NCBI GenBank assembly: GCA_963817915.1
Contig: CAWFQL010000012.1
Span: 128,001 to 192,000 of the forward strand
Direction of reading: 5' to 3'
From: an uncultured candidate division Zixibacteria bacterium
GTDB lineage: Bacteria > Zixibacteria > MSB-5A5 > UBA10806
Length of the DNA: 64,000 nt
The notes under the pieces are model-generated. The model did not search any database, was not told the origin of the DNA, and worked only from the letters and a program-made list of their open reading frames with translations. A program made the translations under genes and the position numbers. Positions 53,180-62,451 of this stretch are shown piece by piece; position 1 is the stretch's first letter; every line of letters begins with the position of its first letter.

Positions 53180-54439
53180 ATGATGAAATTAATATTACGA
53201 AATGGAATTTTAGCATTAGCGATCCTTCAAATCGCGGCTGTTTCCGGAATCGCTCAGGCACAGTCACCTGAAGAACACGCACCCATATTGAAATCAGCGG
53301 TTGCCGATACCGGATTCGTATTTCATTATAGCATGCTGTCTCCTCCGCCCGGCCCGGTCACAAATATTATTGCGGAAGATTTGCCCAATGATCCCGGCAA
53401 AGCCGTGGAATTATCGTGGTCGGTAGCTCCTGGCGATGACAAGATTTATCAGGCCGTTACCGATTATGGCATTTATCGTTCCCAAAGCCCCGATAGCGGG
53501 TTTGCGCTTATATCGCGGATTCCATCGGGATCGAATGGCTTCTCCGATTCCGATACTTCGCTGGTCAACGGACAAAAATATTATTACAAAGTTGCGGCGA
53601 TATATAAATCAGATACATTAATGTCGGCAGTCGCCGGTCCCGCGATTCCCGAGCCGCAATGGTTCCATAAAAAGAGAACTGCCGTTTTTATCATGACAAT
53701 TATCTTCTGCGGTTCGGCCTTATTCCTTATCTCGCGGGCTCAAAAAGGCCGCAAAACGTATGTTCGTCCGATTGCAGGAATCAATGCGGTAGATGAGGCT
53801 ATCGGTCGTGCCACCGAGATGGGCCGTCCAATCTTGTTCGTGCCCGGTTTGGGAGCGGCTTCCGATGTCGCCACTATTGCCGCCTTCACGATTCTGGCAA
53901 GGGTCTCAAAAAAAATTGCTGAATACCAGACAAGAATAATTGTACCTAATTACGATCCGGTTGTCATGGCTATCTGCCAGGAAGTAGTCAAAGAATCTTG
54001 TTCCGCCGCCGGTAGGCCGGAATCCTATGATCAGAAAGATGTCTATTTCCTGACTCAGGATCAATTCCCCTATACAGCCGCAGTCAACGGTACCATGCTT
54101 CGTGAAAAGCCCGCCGCCAATTTCTACCTGGGTAAATTTTACGCTGAATCGTTAATACTCGCCGAGACCGGATTCGTATCAGGTTCAATTCAAATTGCCG
54201 GAACCGATGAGCTTGTGCAGATACCATTCTTCATAGCCTCATGCGATTTCACCCTGATGGGCGAGGAGCTCTATGCCGCCTCCGCTTATCTTTCACAGGA
54301 ACCCCAGCAATTGGGCACATTGAAGGCTCAGGACTGGGGCAAAGTTATCGCCATAAGTTTGATGATCGCCGGATTGATAGTATATTATTTTTCTACCACT
54401 GCGGGTGATGCCTTTTCATTATGGATTCAGGGAGGATGA
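53180..54439 (+). CDS. module copy 3, subunit A: signal peptide + FN3 + TM + DUF6754-like domain
   Basis: RPIAGINAVDEAIGRATEMG, FYAESLILAETG, GEELYAASAYLS. Confidence 0.85.
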   Translation: MMKLILRNGILALAILQIAAVSGIAQAQSPEEHAPILKSAVADTGFVFHYSMLSPPPGPVTNIIAEDLPNDPGKAVELSWSVAPGDDKIYQAVTDYGIYRSQSPDSGFALISRIPSGSNGFSDSDTSLVNGQKYYYKVAAIYKSDTLMSAVAGPAIPEPQWFHKKRTAVFIMTIIFCGSALFLISRAQKGRKTYVRPIAGINAVDEAIGRATEMGRPILFVPGLGAASDVATIAAFTILARVSKKIAEYQTRIIVPNYDPVVMAICQEVVKESCSAAGRPESYDQKDVYFLTQDQFPYTAAVNGTMLREKPAANFYLGKFYAESLILAETGFVSGSIQIAGTDELVQIPFFIASCDFTLMGEELYAASAYLSQEPQQLGTLKAQDWGKVIAISLMIAGLIVYYFSTTAGDAFSLWIQGG

Positions 54440-54473
54440 TTTAGCCCTTAGCCGGCTTAATCTGTAGAGAGAA

Positions 54474-55124
54474 TTGAAAAGAGAAATTCCAATAGCGATT
54501 ATTTTTGCCTGCGGCGTCTTCATGGTGATCCAATACTTTGTGCCTCACTATGTATCCGCGACAATTTATCAAAATGCGCTTAATTGGACAATTATTGTCG
54601 GCATATTTACTCTTGTTATCGGTACTGGCTCGCTGATCGGGCTTCATTATGATAAAATCGCCAGGCGAAAAGAAAAATGGCCCTATTCGATTGTTACTCT
54701 CGTAGCTCTGGCTGTCATGACAATTATCGGTCTATCATCCCCCAATGCGATACAAAACCCACAAGGCCTTTTCATGAAGATCTATTTCTACGTCTTGTCG
54801 CCGGTCCTTGCCACCATGTTTGCATTGCTGGCATTCTTCATTGCCTCGGCTTCTTATAGGGCATTCAGGGCCAGGAATCTGCTGGCCACCTTGCTTCTGT
54901 GCTCGGCTGTAATTGTAATGCTTGGCCGCATCTCTGTAGGCGATATGATTACTGGATGGCTGCCGCCGGGAGTCCGGCTTTCTGATGTTGCCACCTATAT
55001 ACTTGAATTTCCAAATACTGCGGCCAAAAGAGCCATATATATAGGAGTCGGCCTGGGAATCGCCGCCACTTCGCTAAAAATTATACTCGGTATCGAACGT
55101 ACCTGGCTGGGAGGAAGCAAATAA
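54474..55124 (+). CDS. module copy 3, subunit B
   Basis: TTG start; KREIP, LLAFFIASASYRAFRAR, KIILGIERTW. Confidence 0.85.
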   Translation: MKREIPIAIIFACGVFMVIQYFVPHYVSATIYQNALNWTIIVGIFTLVIGTGSLIGLHYDKIARRKEKWPYSIVTLVALAVMTIIGLSSPNAIQNPQGLFMKIYFYVLSPVLATMFALLAFFIASASYRAFRARNLLATLLLCSAVIVMLGRISVGDMITGWLPPGVRLSDVATYILEFPNTAAKRAIYIGVGLGIAATSLKIILGIERTWLGGSK

Positions 55125-55957
55125 TGGCAAGTAGCTTCTGGCAAAAGGTTATGGATGTCGACCGTCGATGGATTTATCTGATAATCGGCATTGTCACATT
55201 TCTTCCAATGCTTACCGCTATCAGATTGCCGGTCAAGATTACTCCCGAAGTAGAATCAGTCTATGATCGTCTCGAATCGCTTCCGCCCAATACAGTAGTC
55301 ATGATCGCCATGGAATACGATCCCGCAACCGCCGCTGAGCTTCAGCCGATGGCCCGTGCAATCTTACGCCATTGCTTCTCGAAAAATCTACGGGTAATCT
55401 CAACTGCGCTCATGATCGACGGCGTCATTATGATAGAGCAGGATCTAAAATTGATATCAGCCGAGTATGGCAAAAAATATGGCGTCGATTATGTCTTCTT
55501 TGGCTATAAGCCCTATATGCAAATGGTAGTTTTAAATATGGGCGAGAATTTCCGCAAGCCATTCCCGAAAGACTTCTACAATAACAGCCTCGACGATCTC
55601 CCTATGATGAAAGGCTTGAATAACTATTCCAATATCGATTGCATCGTTAACGTTAACGCCACTTCCGGCGCCGATTATTGGATCAACTATGCGAGCGGAC
55701 GATATGGCGTGCCTCTCGCGCTGGGAGTCACCGCTGTCATGGCTACGGATTATTATACCTTCTTGCAATCCAAACAACTTTTTGGCTTGATGGGTGGACT
55801 CAAAGGCGCTGCCGAATACGAAATTCTAACCGGACGGCCAAAGGACGTGGCCAATCGTTCGATGACATCTGTATCGGTGGCTCATGTATTCATCGTCTTG
55901 TTTATTATTATCGGTAATATAGCCTTCTTTGCGGCGGGCGGAAGGAAGAAGGTTTAG
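55124..55957 (+). CDS. module copy 3, subunit C
   Basis: DRRWIY, EYDPATAAELQPMA, GGLKGAAEYE; TAATG coupling to B. Confidence 0.85.
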   Translation: MASSFWQKVMDVDRRWIYLIIGIVTFLPMLTAIRLPVKITPEVESVYDRLESLPPNTVVMIAMEYDPATAAELQPMARAILRHCFSKNLRVISTALMIDGVIMIEQDLKLISAEYGKKYGVDYVFFGYKPYMQMVVLNMGENFRKPFPKDFYNNSLDDLPMMKGLNNYSNIDCIVNVNATSGADYWINYASGRYGVPLALGVTAVMATDYYTFLQSKQLFGLMGGLKGAAEYEILTGRPKDVANRSMTSVSVAHVFIVLFIIIGNIAFFAAGGRKKV

Positions 55958-55959
55958 AT

Positions 55960-56706
55960 ATGGAGCAATTATCTATCGGCACATTGCTCTGGATGACCTT
56001 CGCGGCATTTCTCACCCTTTCGATTTTTTCGTTCCTCTGGCGCGATAACCCGTTTTACAGATTTGCCGAGCATCTGATCGTTGGTGTCTCCGCCGGATAC
56101 TGGATCGCGATTTTATACCATACATCATTGAAGGATCTCTGGCTCGATCCCTTGAGCGCGTCCATTCAAGCCTTCGGACAACCCGGGGGAGTGTTCATTG
56201 CGAAAATTGGAATTTTAGTAGCAAATCTCACCCCCGGAATTTTGGGCATAATGATGTTCAGCCGCTTTTTTGAAAAGATATCCTGGATTTCAAGATGGCC
56301 AATCGCGTTTTACCTGGGAATATCAACCGGTGTCGCCTTGCCGTTATTCCTTCAAAGTTTCGTGGCCCGTCAAATATCAGCGAATATGATCGATCCTCGC
56401 GCAATAACCAATACAATGACATCAGACCTGACCATCCTATTCACCACCGGAAATAGCACACTTTTATTCTGGCAGGGATTTGGACAGCTTTATATTGTTG
56501 TTGGATGTATCTGCGGCCTGGCATACTTCTATTTTTCCGCCGAGCACAAAGGTCTCATGGGCGGAGCCGCCAAGATCGGTATCTGGACTTTGATGATCGG
56601 CTTCGGCGCGACTTTTGGCTACACTGTGATGTCGAGGATATCTCTCCTTATCGGCCGATTTAATTTTCTGATCAATTGGGTTAATGCCCTCCGAAATCAT
56701 TTCTGA
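55960..56706 (+). CDS. module copy 3, subunit D
   Basis: FSFLWRDNPFYRFAE, YFYFSAEHKG, FGATFGYTVMSR. Confidence 0.85.
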   Translation: MEQLSIGTLLWMTFAAFLTLSIFSFLWRDNPFYRFAEHLIVGVSAGYWIAILYHTSLKDLWLDPLSASIQAFGQPGGVFIAKIGILVANLTPGILGIMMFSRFFEKISWISRWPIAFYLGISTGVALPLFLQSFVARQISANMIDPRAITNTMTSDLTILFTTGNSTLLFWQGFGQLYIVVGCICGLAYFYFSAEHKGLMGGAAKIGIWTLMIGFGATFGYTVMSRISLLIGRFNFLINWVNALRNHF

Positions 56707-56752
56707 TAATCCGCGGGAACGATTGTTGTTCCGGAAATGTTAATTTACGGCT

Positions 56753-58567
56753 ATGAAAGCCGGTTTACTTATCATAATAATGATTCTATGCATTCTCCTG
56801 GGAATGCATAATATTGTTTTGGCCTCGGGCGCAATCTGCCTTTATGACAGCACGAACATCTATATCAACAATGATTTGAATTCCACCATTAATGTCTTCA
56901 GAACGTTTCAGATCACGAACGAATCCGGACAGAAATACGCCGACATTTCAATCCCCATAAATGATTATATCAGAGTAGGCAAGATCAAAGGGTATGCTCT
57001 GCAGAAAAATGGAGATAAGATTAATCTTACAAAAAAAGATATACAATCCCAATCTACTGCCGGAACCCAGGGAGCAGGCATAAGCAAGACCGTTACATTT
57101 TCGATAAGATCCGCCAATATCGGCGCGATTATTCATTACGAATATGAACTTAAAATTAAAAGTCTTCTGTATTTACCTCGGATAACGAGAGGATCTGCGT
57201 ATCCGACCGATAGATTTGTTGTTCGAATTGAAAATGACAAGAAAACCAATATAAAATACGATTACGCCGGGTTGACTCTTCTAAGGGAAGATCATGCAAT
57301 AAGCTTATTCGCCGAGAATCTTTCTGAACGAGCCGATGAACCATATTCCTGTCCCGACAACGTTTTCCTCCTAATTAGCTCGGATGCGTTCACCTATAAC
57401 GGCATGAAATATCCTTCTCGTTCGTGGCCGGAAGCAGGTAGATTTTTCGCGCAGCTGGCCCTGCAAGCCGAAAAACCGTTCGATGAAATAAAATCACTGG
57501 CCGATAGATTGGTTGCCAATTCCGAAAATCGCATGGATTCACTAAATGCGATTTTCAGCTTCATGTCGGATTCAATCACCTATGTGGCCCTGCAAATTGG
57601 CCGAGGCGATTTTCATCCTCAGCCCTGCGCGTCGGTCATAAATAAGCGGCTGGGGGATTGCAAAGATCAATCGACGTTATTGAGTGCGCTTTATCGCGCC
57701 GTCGGCGTCGATGCTTATCCCGCGCTTGTTTCAACGGACGATTTTCCCCAAGTCGGCAATCTAAATCCATGGCCCGGCTGGTTCAATCACGCCATAACAG
57801 CAATCAAAACAGACGATGGCGACCTGCTACTCGATCCCGGCGACCCTCGAATGGCCCTGTCAACAATTTCCCCGGCGCTTCGAAATAAATATTACCTCGT
57901 TTGCGATGGTATTTCGCAATTAAAAAAGGCTTCGGCCGGACCAATACCTGAATTCGGTATTGAATGGCAATTCAATATCTCGTTTGATTCATCCGACAGC
58001 ATTATGGCCAATTTCACAATTCGCTACACCAATGACGCCGAATTCTACTATAATAAAATCATTAGAGGAAATAGTGACGAGAAGATAAAACAAATGGTAG
58101 AATCATCATTGAAGAATGCCGGGTGGGAAGTGCTCGATTTAAAGTTGGAGCCGATAAAATATTTCCAGGATGAGCTTGGCATCACCGGTGCATTTATAAC
58201 GTTCAATAATCCCGAAAAGGCTGCGTCTAATTTTAATCTGGCCTCGCCGCTCGTGAATTATCTGCTCGCCGACATTTTTTCAAGCGCAAGAAAAAATGAC
58301 TACTGCAGGCCCGGCACAATTCGATTTCTGGAAATAATTAATGTTGAACTCTCCTCCGATGAAGTCACTGCCAATCCGTCTTACAATGATTCCTGGGAAA
58401 AGGATGAATTCCAATTTGCCGATGAAATGATCGAAAGCCAAAATCTGGATATTTATCAAAGGGAGTTTAATTTTAATGGCGGAATTATTACGCTTGATGA
58501 TTATAATTCATTTCGCGATGTCCTGATTGCCAAAAAAAACCAGAGATATGTCATTCTTAAAAAATAA
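56753..58567 (+). CDS. exported DUF3857/transglutaminase-like protein with an intact Cys motif
   Basis: ITYVALQIG, GDCKDQSTLL, WFNHAI, LLDP. Confidence 0.8.
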   Translation: MKAGLLIIIMILCILLGMHNIVLASGAICLYDSTNIYINNDLNSTINVFRTFQITNESGQKYADISIPINDYIRVGKIKGYALQKNGDKINLTKKDIQSQSTAGTQGAGISKTVTFSIRSANIGAIIHYEYELKIKSLLYLPRITRGSAYPTDRFVVRIENDKKTNIKYDYAGLTLLREDHAISLFAENLSERADEPYSCPDNVFLLISSDAFTYNGMKYPSRSWPEAGRFFAQLALQAEKPFDEIKSLADRLVANSENRMDSLNAIFSFMSDSITYVALQIGRGDFHPQPCASVINKRLGDCKDQSTLLSALYRAVGVDAYPALVSTDDFPQVGNLNPWPGWFNHAITAIKTDDGDLLLDPGDPRMALSTISPALRNKYYLVCDGISQLKKASAGPIPEFGIEWQFNISFDSSDSIMANFTIRYTNDAEFYYNKIIRGNSDEKIKQMVESSLKNAGWEVLDLKLEPIKYFQDELGITGAFITFNNPEKAASNFNLASPLVNYLLADIFSSARKNDYCRPGTIRFLEIINVELSSDEVTANPSYNDSWEKDEFQFADEMIESQNLDIYQREFNFNGGIITLDDYNSFRDVLIAKKNQRYVILKK

Positions 58568-60464
58568 TTTATCAGGCAAATTCCTGGTCGGCATATTCCT
58601 GGCCGCGGCTGTTTTCTCCATTTGGAATATTAGCGCTTTTCCCCAGGATGATTTCGAAGGACTCGAAGGCAAATACATAGCAATATATGATTCTACTTAT
58701 ATTTGGCCGGATGGAAGCGGCGGGTATGATTATTACAGATATTTCTTTTCCGAGGTGGAGCTGGCGGAAAAAGGGAGAAATATCTTATCTACTCCCGCCA
58801 CTCCAATTCTGGACAAAGACGATATAATTGATCTGTTTGCGTTCACCAAATCGCCAACTGGGGAATTGCTTGTTGCGGATTCCGCGGATATTGCCAGAAT
58901 CGATATGCCCAATGGGCAAAAACGATTTTTCGTAAATTTTCGTCGACCCGAGCCTGGTGCGAAACTATATCTCGAATGGACTCTTAAATCAAATCAAGCC
59001 AATATCGCGGGTCAGCGTTTTATCGGAAGAACAGTGCCCGTCGATTCCGCAACTATAGTGATTACATTTCCGGATAATTGGGTATTCAATTTTCGGGTAG
59101 CGCCTGAAATTAATTTGCCTTCTAATAAGGTCTATACCGGAGTCTCAAAGTCGACATCTCTCGTCAGCCATATATGGAGCGTTCGGAATCTTGGCTCACT
59201 GATAAAGGAAGAATTCGCGCCCCCGGTCGAACGATTGATTCCATCGATCTATTTCTCATTCAAATATGACAAGCTATGGTCGGAAGATAATATTCGAGAA
59301 ATGAATTGGAATGTTATCGCTCGTTTTTATGGCGGGGAATTCAATGATTTTATAAAAGATCATTCTATTCTCGACAATGTCGCCGACTCCATAAAATCAA
59401 TCGATACCAGCGCGATGCAAATGGCAAAATCGGGTTTTAAATGGTTAACGGAGCATTTTCGAACCATAAATCCAGAATTAAAATTCTCAAAGGATCTCGA
59501 TGAAACCCTGGAAAAGGGAAGAGCAACTCAGGCTGAAGCGGCGTCGATCCTTTTCGGGCTATTTTCAAAACTTGGTATTAATTGCAAACCATTTCTTGCT
59601 TCCTCTCGAAAAGTCGGGAATCCATTGATCGATGTTCCCGCGTTATTCTGGTTTGATCGGATTTTAATCGCATCGTATATCAATGGCGATACAATTTGGA
59701 CGGATCCCTTTTATCTCAATTTCAATTTTACTCTCATGCCATTTGAAGACCAGGGCGTTTACGCGATGGATATAGGGAAGGATGGTGGAAATTTCATTAT
59801 TACCGCCACTCCCGATTATCGTGATAATGGCATGGCTGTCCATATGAAACTCGATATCGACTCGCTCGGCGCGATAGAAGGGGCGGCCACCGAAGTGTAT
59901 TCAGGTGCCATGATAGCGGAGATTTCTTCTTATATGGCCTCGCTCGATCCCGCAGTATTAAAGACCACATGGGAAAAGAGCCTGGCAAAATCATTTCCCG
60001 GAGTCAAAATAGGCAATTTCATAACTTTGGCATCGGATTCTATCGGCCAGACCTACAGAATAGGATATTCATTTACCACTTCGCCTCTCGTTCGGCCTTA
60101 TGCAAATCGCGCCTATTTCCCGATTGATATTTTAGGGCGATGGAAGAGTTTGCCAATTCTGCCATCATTGGATCGAATTTTCCCGATTGAAATCAATCGG
60201 CCGCGATTTGAGCTTGAACGAATAACTCTCAATATCGCTCCCTCCTTCGAAATTGAGTACCTGCCCGAAAACTATTCTATGGATAATTATTTGGGGGAAT
60301 TATATTCGGTGGTGCGCCAGGATTCGCGCTCGGTAACAATTACTAAGGGGCTCGGCCTAAAAAAATCGGAATTGCCGCCTTCAGCTTACACGACCCTACA
60401 GAAATTTTTCAACAAGGCTCGCGCCGAGGCAGATAAACAGATAATACTTAAAAAGGTCGATTGA
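58548..60464 (+). CDS. exported DUF3857/transglutaminase-like paralog lacking the catalytic Cys
   Basis: Same layout (ETLEKGRATQAEAASIL, WFDRIL, WTDP; C-terminal LQKFFNKA..DKQIILKK); overlaps the upstream gene. Confidence 0.7.
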   Translation: MSFLKNNLSGKFLVGIFLAAAVFSIWNISAFPQDDFEGLEGKYIAIYDSTYIWPDGSGGYDYYRYFFSEVELAEKGRNILSTPATPILDKDDIIDLFAFTKSPTGELLVADSADIARIDMPNGQKRFFVNFRRPEPGAKLYLEWTLKSNQANIAGQRFIGRTVPVDSATIVITFPDNWVFNFRVAPEINLPSNKVYTGVSKSTSLVSHIWSVRNLGSLIKEEFAPPVERLIPSIYFSFKYDKLWSEDNIREMNWNVIARFYGGEFNDFIKDHSILDNVADSIKSIDTSAMQMAKSGFKWLTEHFRTINPELKFSKDLDETLEKGRATQAEAASILFGLFSKLGINCKPFLASSRKVGNPLIDVPALFWFDRILIASYINGDTIWTDPFYLNFNFTLMPFEDQGVYAMDIGKDGGNFIITATPDYRDNGMAVHMKLDIDSLGAIEGAATEVYSGAMIAEISSYMASLDPAVLKTTWEKSLAKSFPGVKIGNFITLASDSIGQTYRIGYSFTTSPLVRPYANRAYFPIDILGRWKSLPILPSLDRIFPIEINRPRFELERITLNIAPSFEIEYLPENYSMDNYLGELYSVVRQDSRSVTITKGLGLKKSELPPSAYTTLQKFFNKARAEADKQIILKKVD

Positions 60465-60466
60465 TT

Positions 60467-61291
60467 ATGCCCGAATTGCCCGAGGTAGAAACCATCGTCA
60501 ATGATTTACGGCCCGAAATCGTGGGGAAGAAAATTGTTGAGATCAATTGCATCACACCGTCGACATGGCGTAATAAAATCCCAGAAAATGATTTGATGAT
60601 CGGCTCGAAAATCGATTCTATCGGACGAAGGGGCAAAAATATACTAATTTATCTATCCAATAATTTAGTTTTAATTGTCCACCTCAAAATGACCGGCCGA
60701 CTCATATACGAACCTGAATTAGCCCCGCTGACAAAACACACTCATTTTATCGCGAAATTAGATCAAGGCTTTCTCCGCTTTAATGATGTTCGCAAATTCG
60801 GCTATATCGATCTTGTCGATGCGGATAAATTGGAATCGATAGAATATCTTAATAAGCTCGGACCAGATGCTCTAATTATCTCAAAATCGGATTTCATAAA
60901 GATAATTAAAAGTAAAAATCGAATTGTCAAATCGTTGCTGTTAGACCAGACAGTTATCGCTGGAATAGGCAATATCTATTCCGATGAAGCGCTTTTTATG
61001 GCGGGCATTAATCCTCGTGCCATCAGTTCAAAATTGAGCGCGGAAAAGGCCGGATTGCTTCATAATGCGATAATCTCAACCTTAAAAAAAGCCATCAAAT
61101 CAAGGGGATCATCTGTATCAGATTATGTCGACGGCTCAGGCAAGCCCGGTGGGTTCCAATATCATCTAAAAGTATATGGACGAGAAGGCGAACCCTGTCG
61201 CAAATGCGGCAAGCCCATAAAACGAGTCAAACTCGGCAGTCGTTCCAGCCATTATTGTTCTCATTGCCAGAAAATGAATAACCCCATTTAA
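60467..61291 (+). CDS. mutM: formamidopyrimidine-DNA glycosylase
   Basis: MPELPEVET, RRGK, HLKMTG, GIGNIYSDE, C-terminal CRKC...CSHCQ zinc finger. Confidence 0.97.
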   Translation: MPELPEVETIVNDLRPEIVGKKIVEINCITPSTWRNKIPENDLMIGSKIDSIGRRGKNILIYLSNNLVLIVHLKMTGRLIYEPELAPLTKHTHFIAKLDQGFLRFNDVRKFGYIDLVDADKLESIEYLNKLGPDALIISKSDFIKIIKSKNRIVKSLLLDQTVIAGIGNIYSDEALFMAGINPRAISSKLSAEKAGLLHNAIISTLKKAIKSRGSSVSDYVDGSGKPGGFQYHLKVYGREGEPCRKCGKPIKRVKLGSRSSHYCSHCQKMNNPI

Positions 61292-61323
61292 GTGCTGATT
61301 AGGTATAGGAAATTTACTCGAAT

Positions 61324-62451
61324 TTATATGGCTTTTTCGTAAATTCGATATCTTTTATATATTTTGGCGCCCATATCTGTCGCGGCTTTAGTCATGAGAG
61401 TATTCCGTTCCAGGATCCATGAGAGTTCGCCCCATGTATATCCGCATTCAAGCCCGTATTTGTATGTATCGACAAAAAATATCATATCGAGGCCGATCTT
61501 ATGGTATTTATGAACAATACCCATCGTGATCAATCTAACGCCCGATAATATTTTATTTATCTTTGTGTAATAGAGGAACTTCAACGCCCCTAATGGGAGC
61601 ATGCGGCCGTTCATTTTCTTGAATATCGGATTATAATCGGGCAGCGCTAATGAAAATCCCGCAGGCTCATCATCGACAAAAGCGAGCAAAGCCAACTTGG
61701 GCTCCAATATTTTCTTGAAATCATCGGCGGTTACCTGGAATTCCTCCGGCGTCATCGGTACGAATCCCCAATTTTTGCTCCATGCCGCGTTGTAGATTGT
61801 CCTGATTATCTCAAGCTCACGATCGAAATCGTTCATGTTAATTGAACGGGTTTTAATTCTCTGCCGAGTTCGTATTTTCTCAACTATTTTAAGTATCCTC
61901 TCCGAAGGCATATTATGCTGATCTATATAAAATGCCAACAGGTCCTCGGCTTTTTGAAGTCCCATTTTCTCGCAAAGCCCCTGATAATAAGGCGGATTGT
62001 AGGTCATCATGAATGTCGGGTATTTATCGAAACCATCGATTAAAAAACCTATCTCATCGTTGGTGGAAAAATTCATCGGCCCCCGAATGATATTCATACC
62101 CTCATTTTTTACGAATTTTTCCGCCTCCGCCATCAACGCATTAGCCACATCGAGATCATCGATACAATCCAAAAATCCGAAAAAGCCGGTCTTTTCCTCG
62201 TGAAAGCTATTGTGAAGATCATTGACAATTCCCGCTATTCTGCCGACTGCCTGGCCATCTTTATATGCCAGATAATACGTTGCTCGCGCATGCTGGAAAA
62301 ATGGGTTATGCTTTTTGTCGAAAAACTTTTTTCGTTCTGAAATCAATGGCGGGACATAATACTTTTCATTTTTGTAGAGCCTGAACGGAATCTTGATGAA
62401 TGTCATCAATTCATTGTTGTCTTTTACTTCGCGAATTTCCACAGCGGCCAT
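61324..62451 (-). CDS. GNAT-fold acyltransferase, bacterial ceramide synthase (CerS)-like
   Basis: VPPL..HNPFF..GRIAG..GFFGF..RGPMNFSTN..MTYNPPYY..YNAAWSKNWGFVP..ELSWILE; directly downstream of spt. Confidence 0.7.
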   Translation of the reverse strand: MAAVEIREVKDNNELMTFIKIPFRLYKNEKYYVPPLISERKKFFDKKHNPFFQHARATYYLAYKDGQAVGRIAGIVNDLHNSFHEEKTGFFGFLDCIDDLDVANALMAEAEKFVKNEGMNIIRGPMNFSTNDEIGFLIDGFDKYPTFMMTYNPPYYQGLCEKMGLQKAEDLLAFYIDQHNMPSERILKIVEKIRTRQRIKTRSINMNDFDRELEIIRTIYNAAWSKNWGFVPMTPEEFQVTADDFKKILEPKLALLAFVDDEPAGFSLALPDYNPIFKKMNGRMLPLGALKFLYYTKINKILSGVRLITMGIVHKYHKIGLDMIFFVDTYKYGLECGYTWGELSWILERNTLMTKAATDMGAKIYKRYRIYEKAI

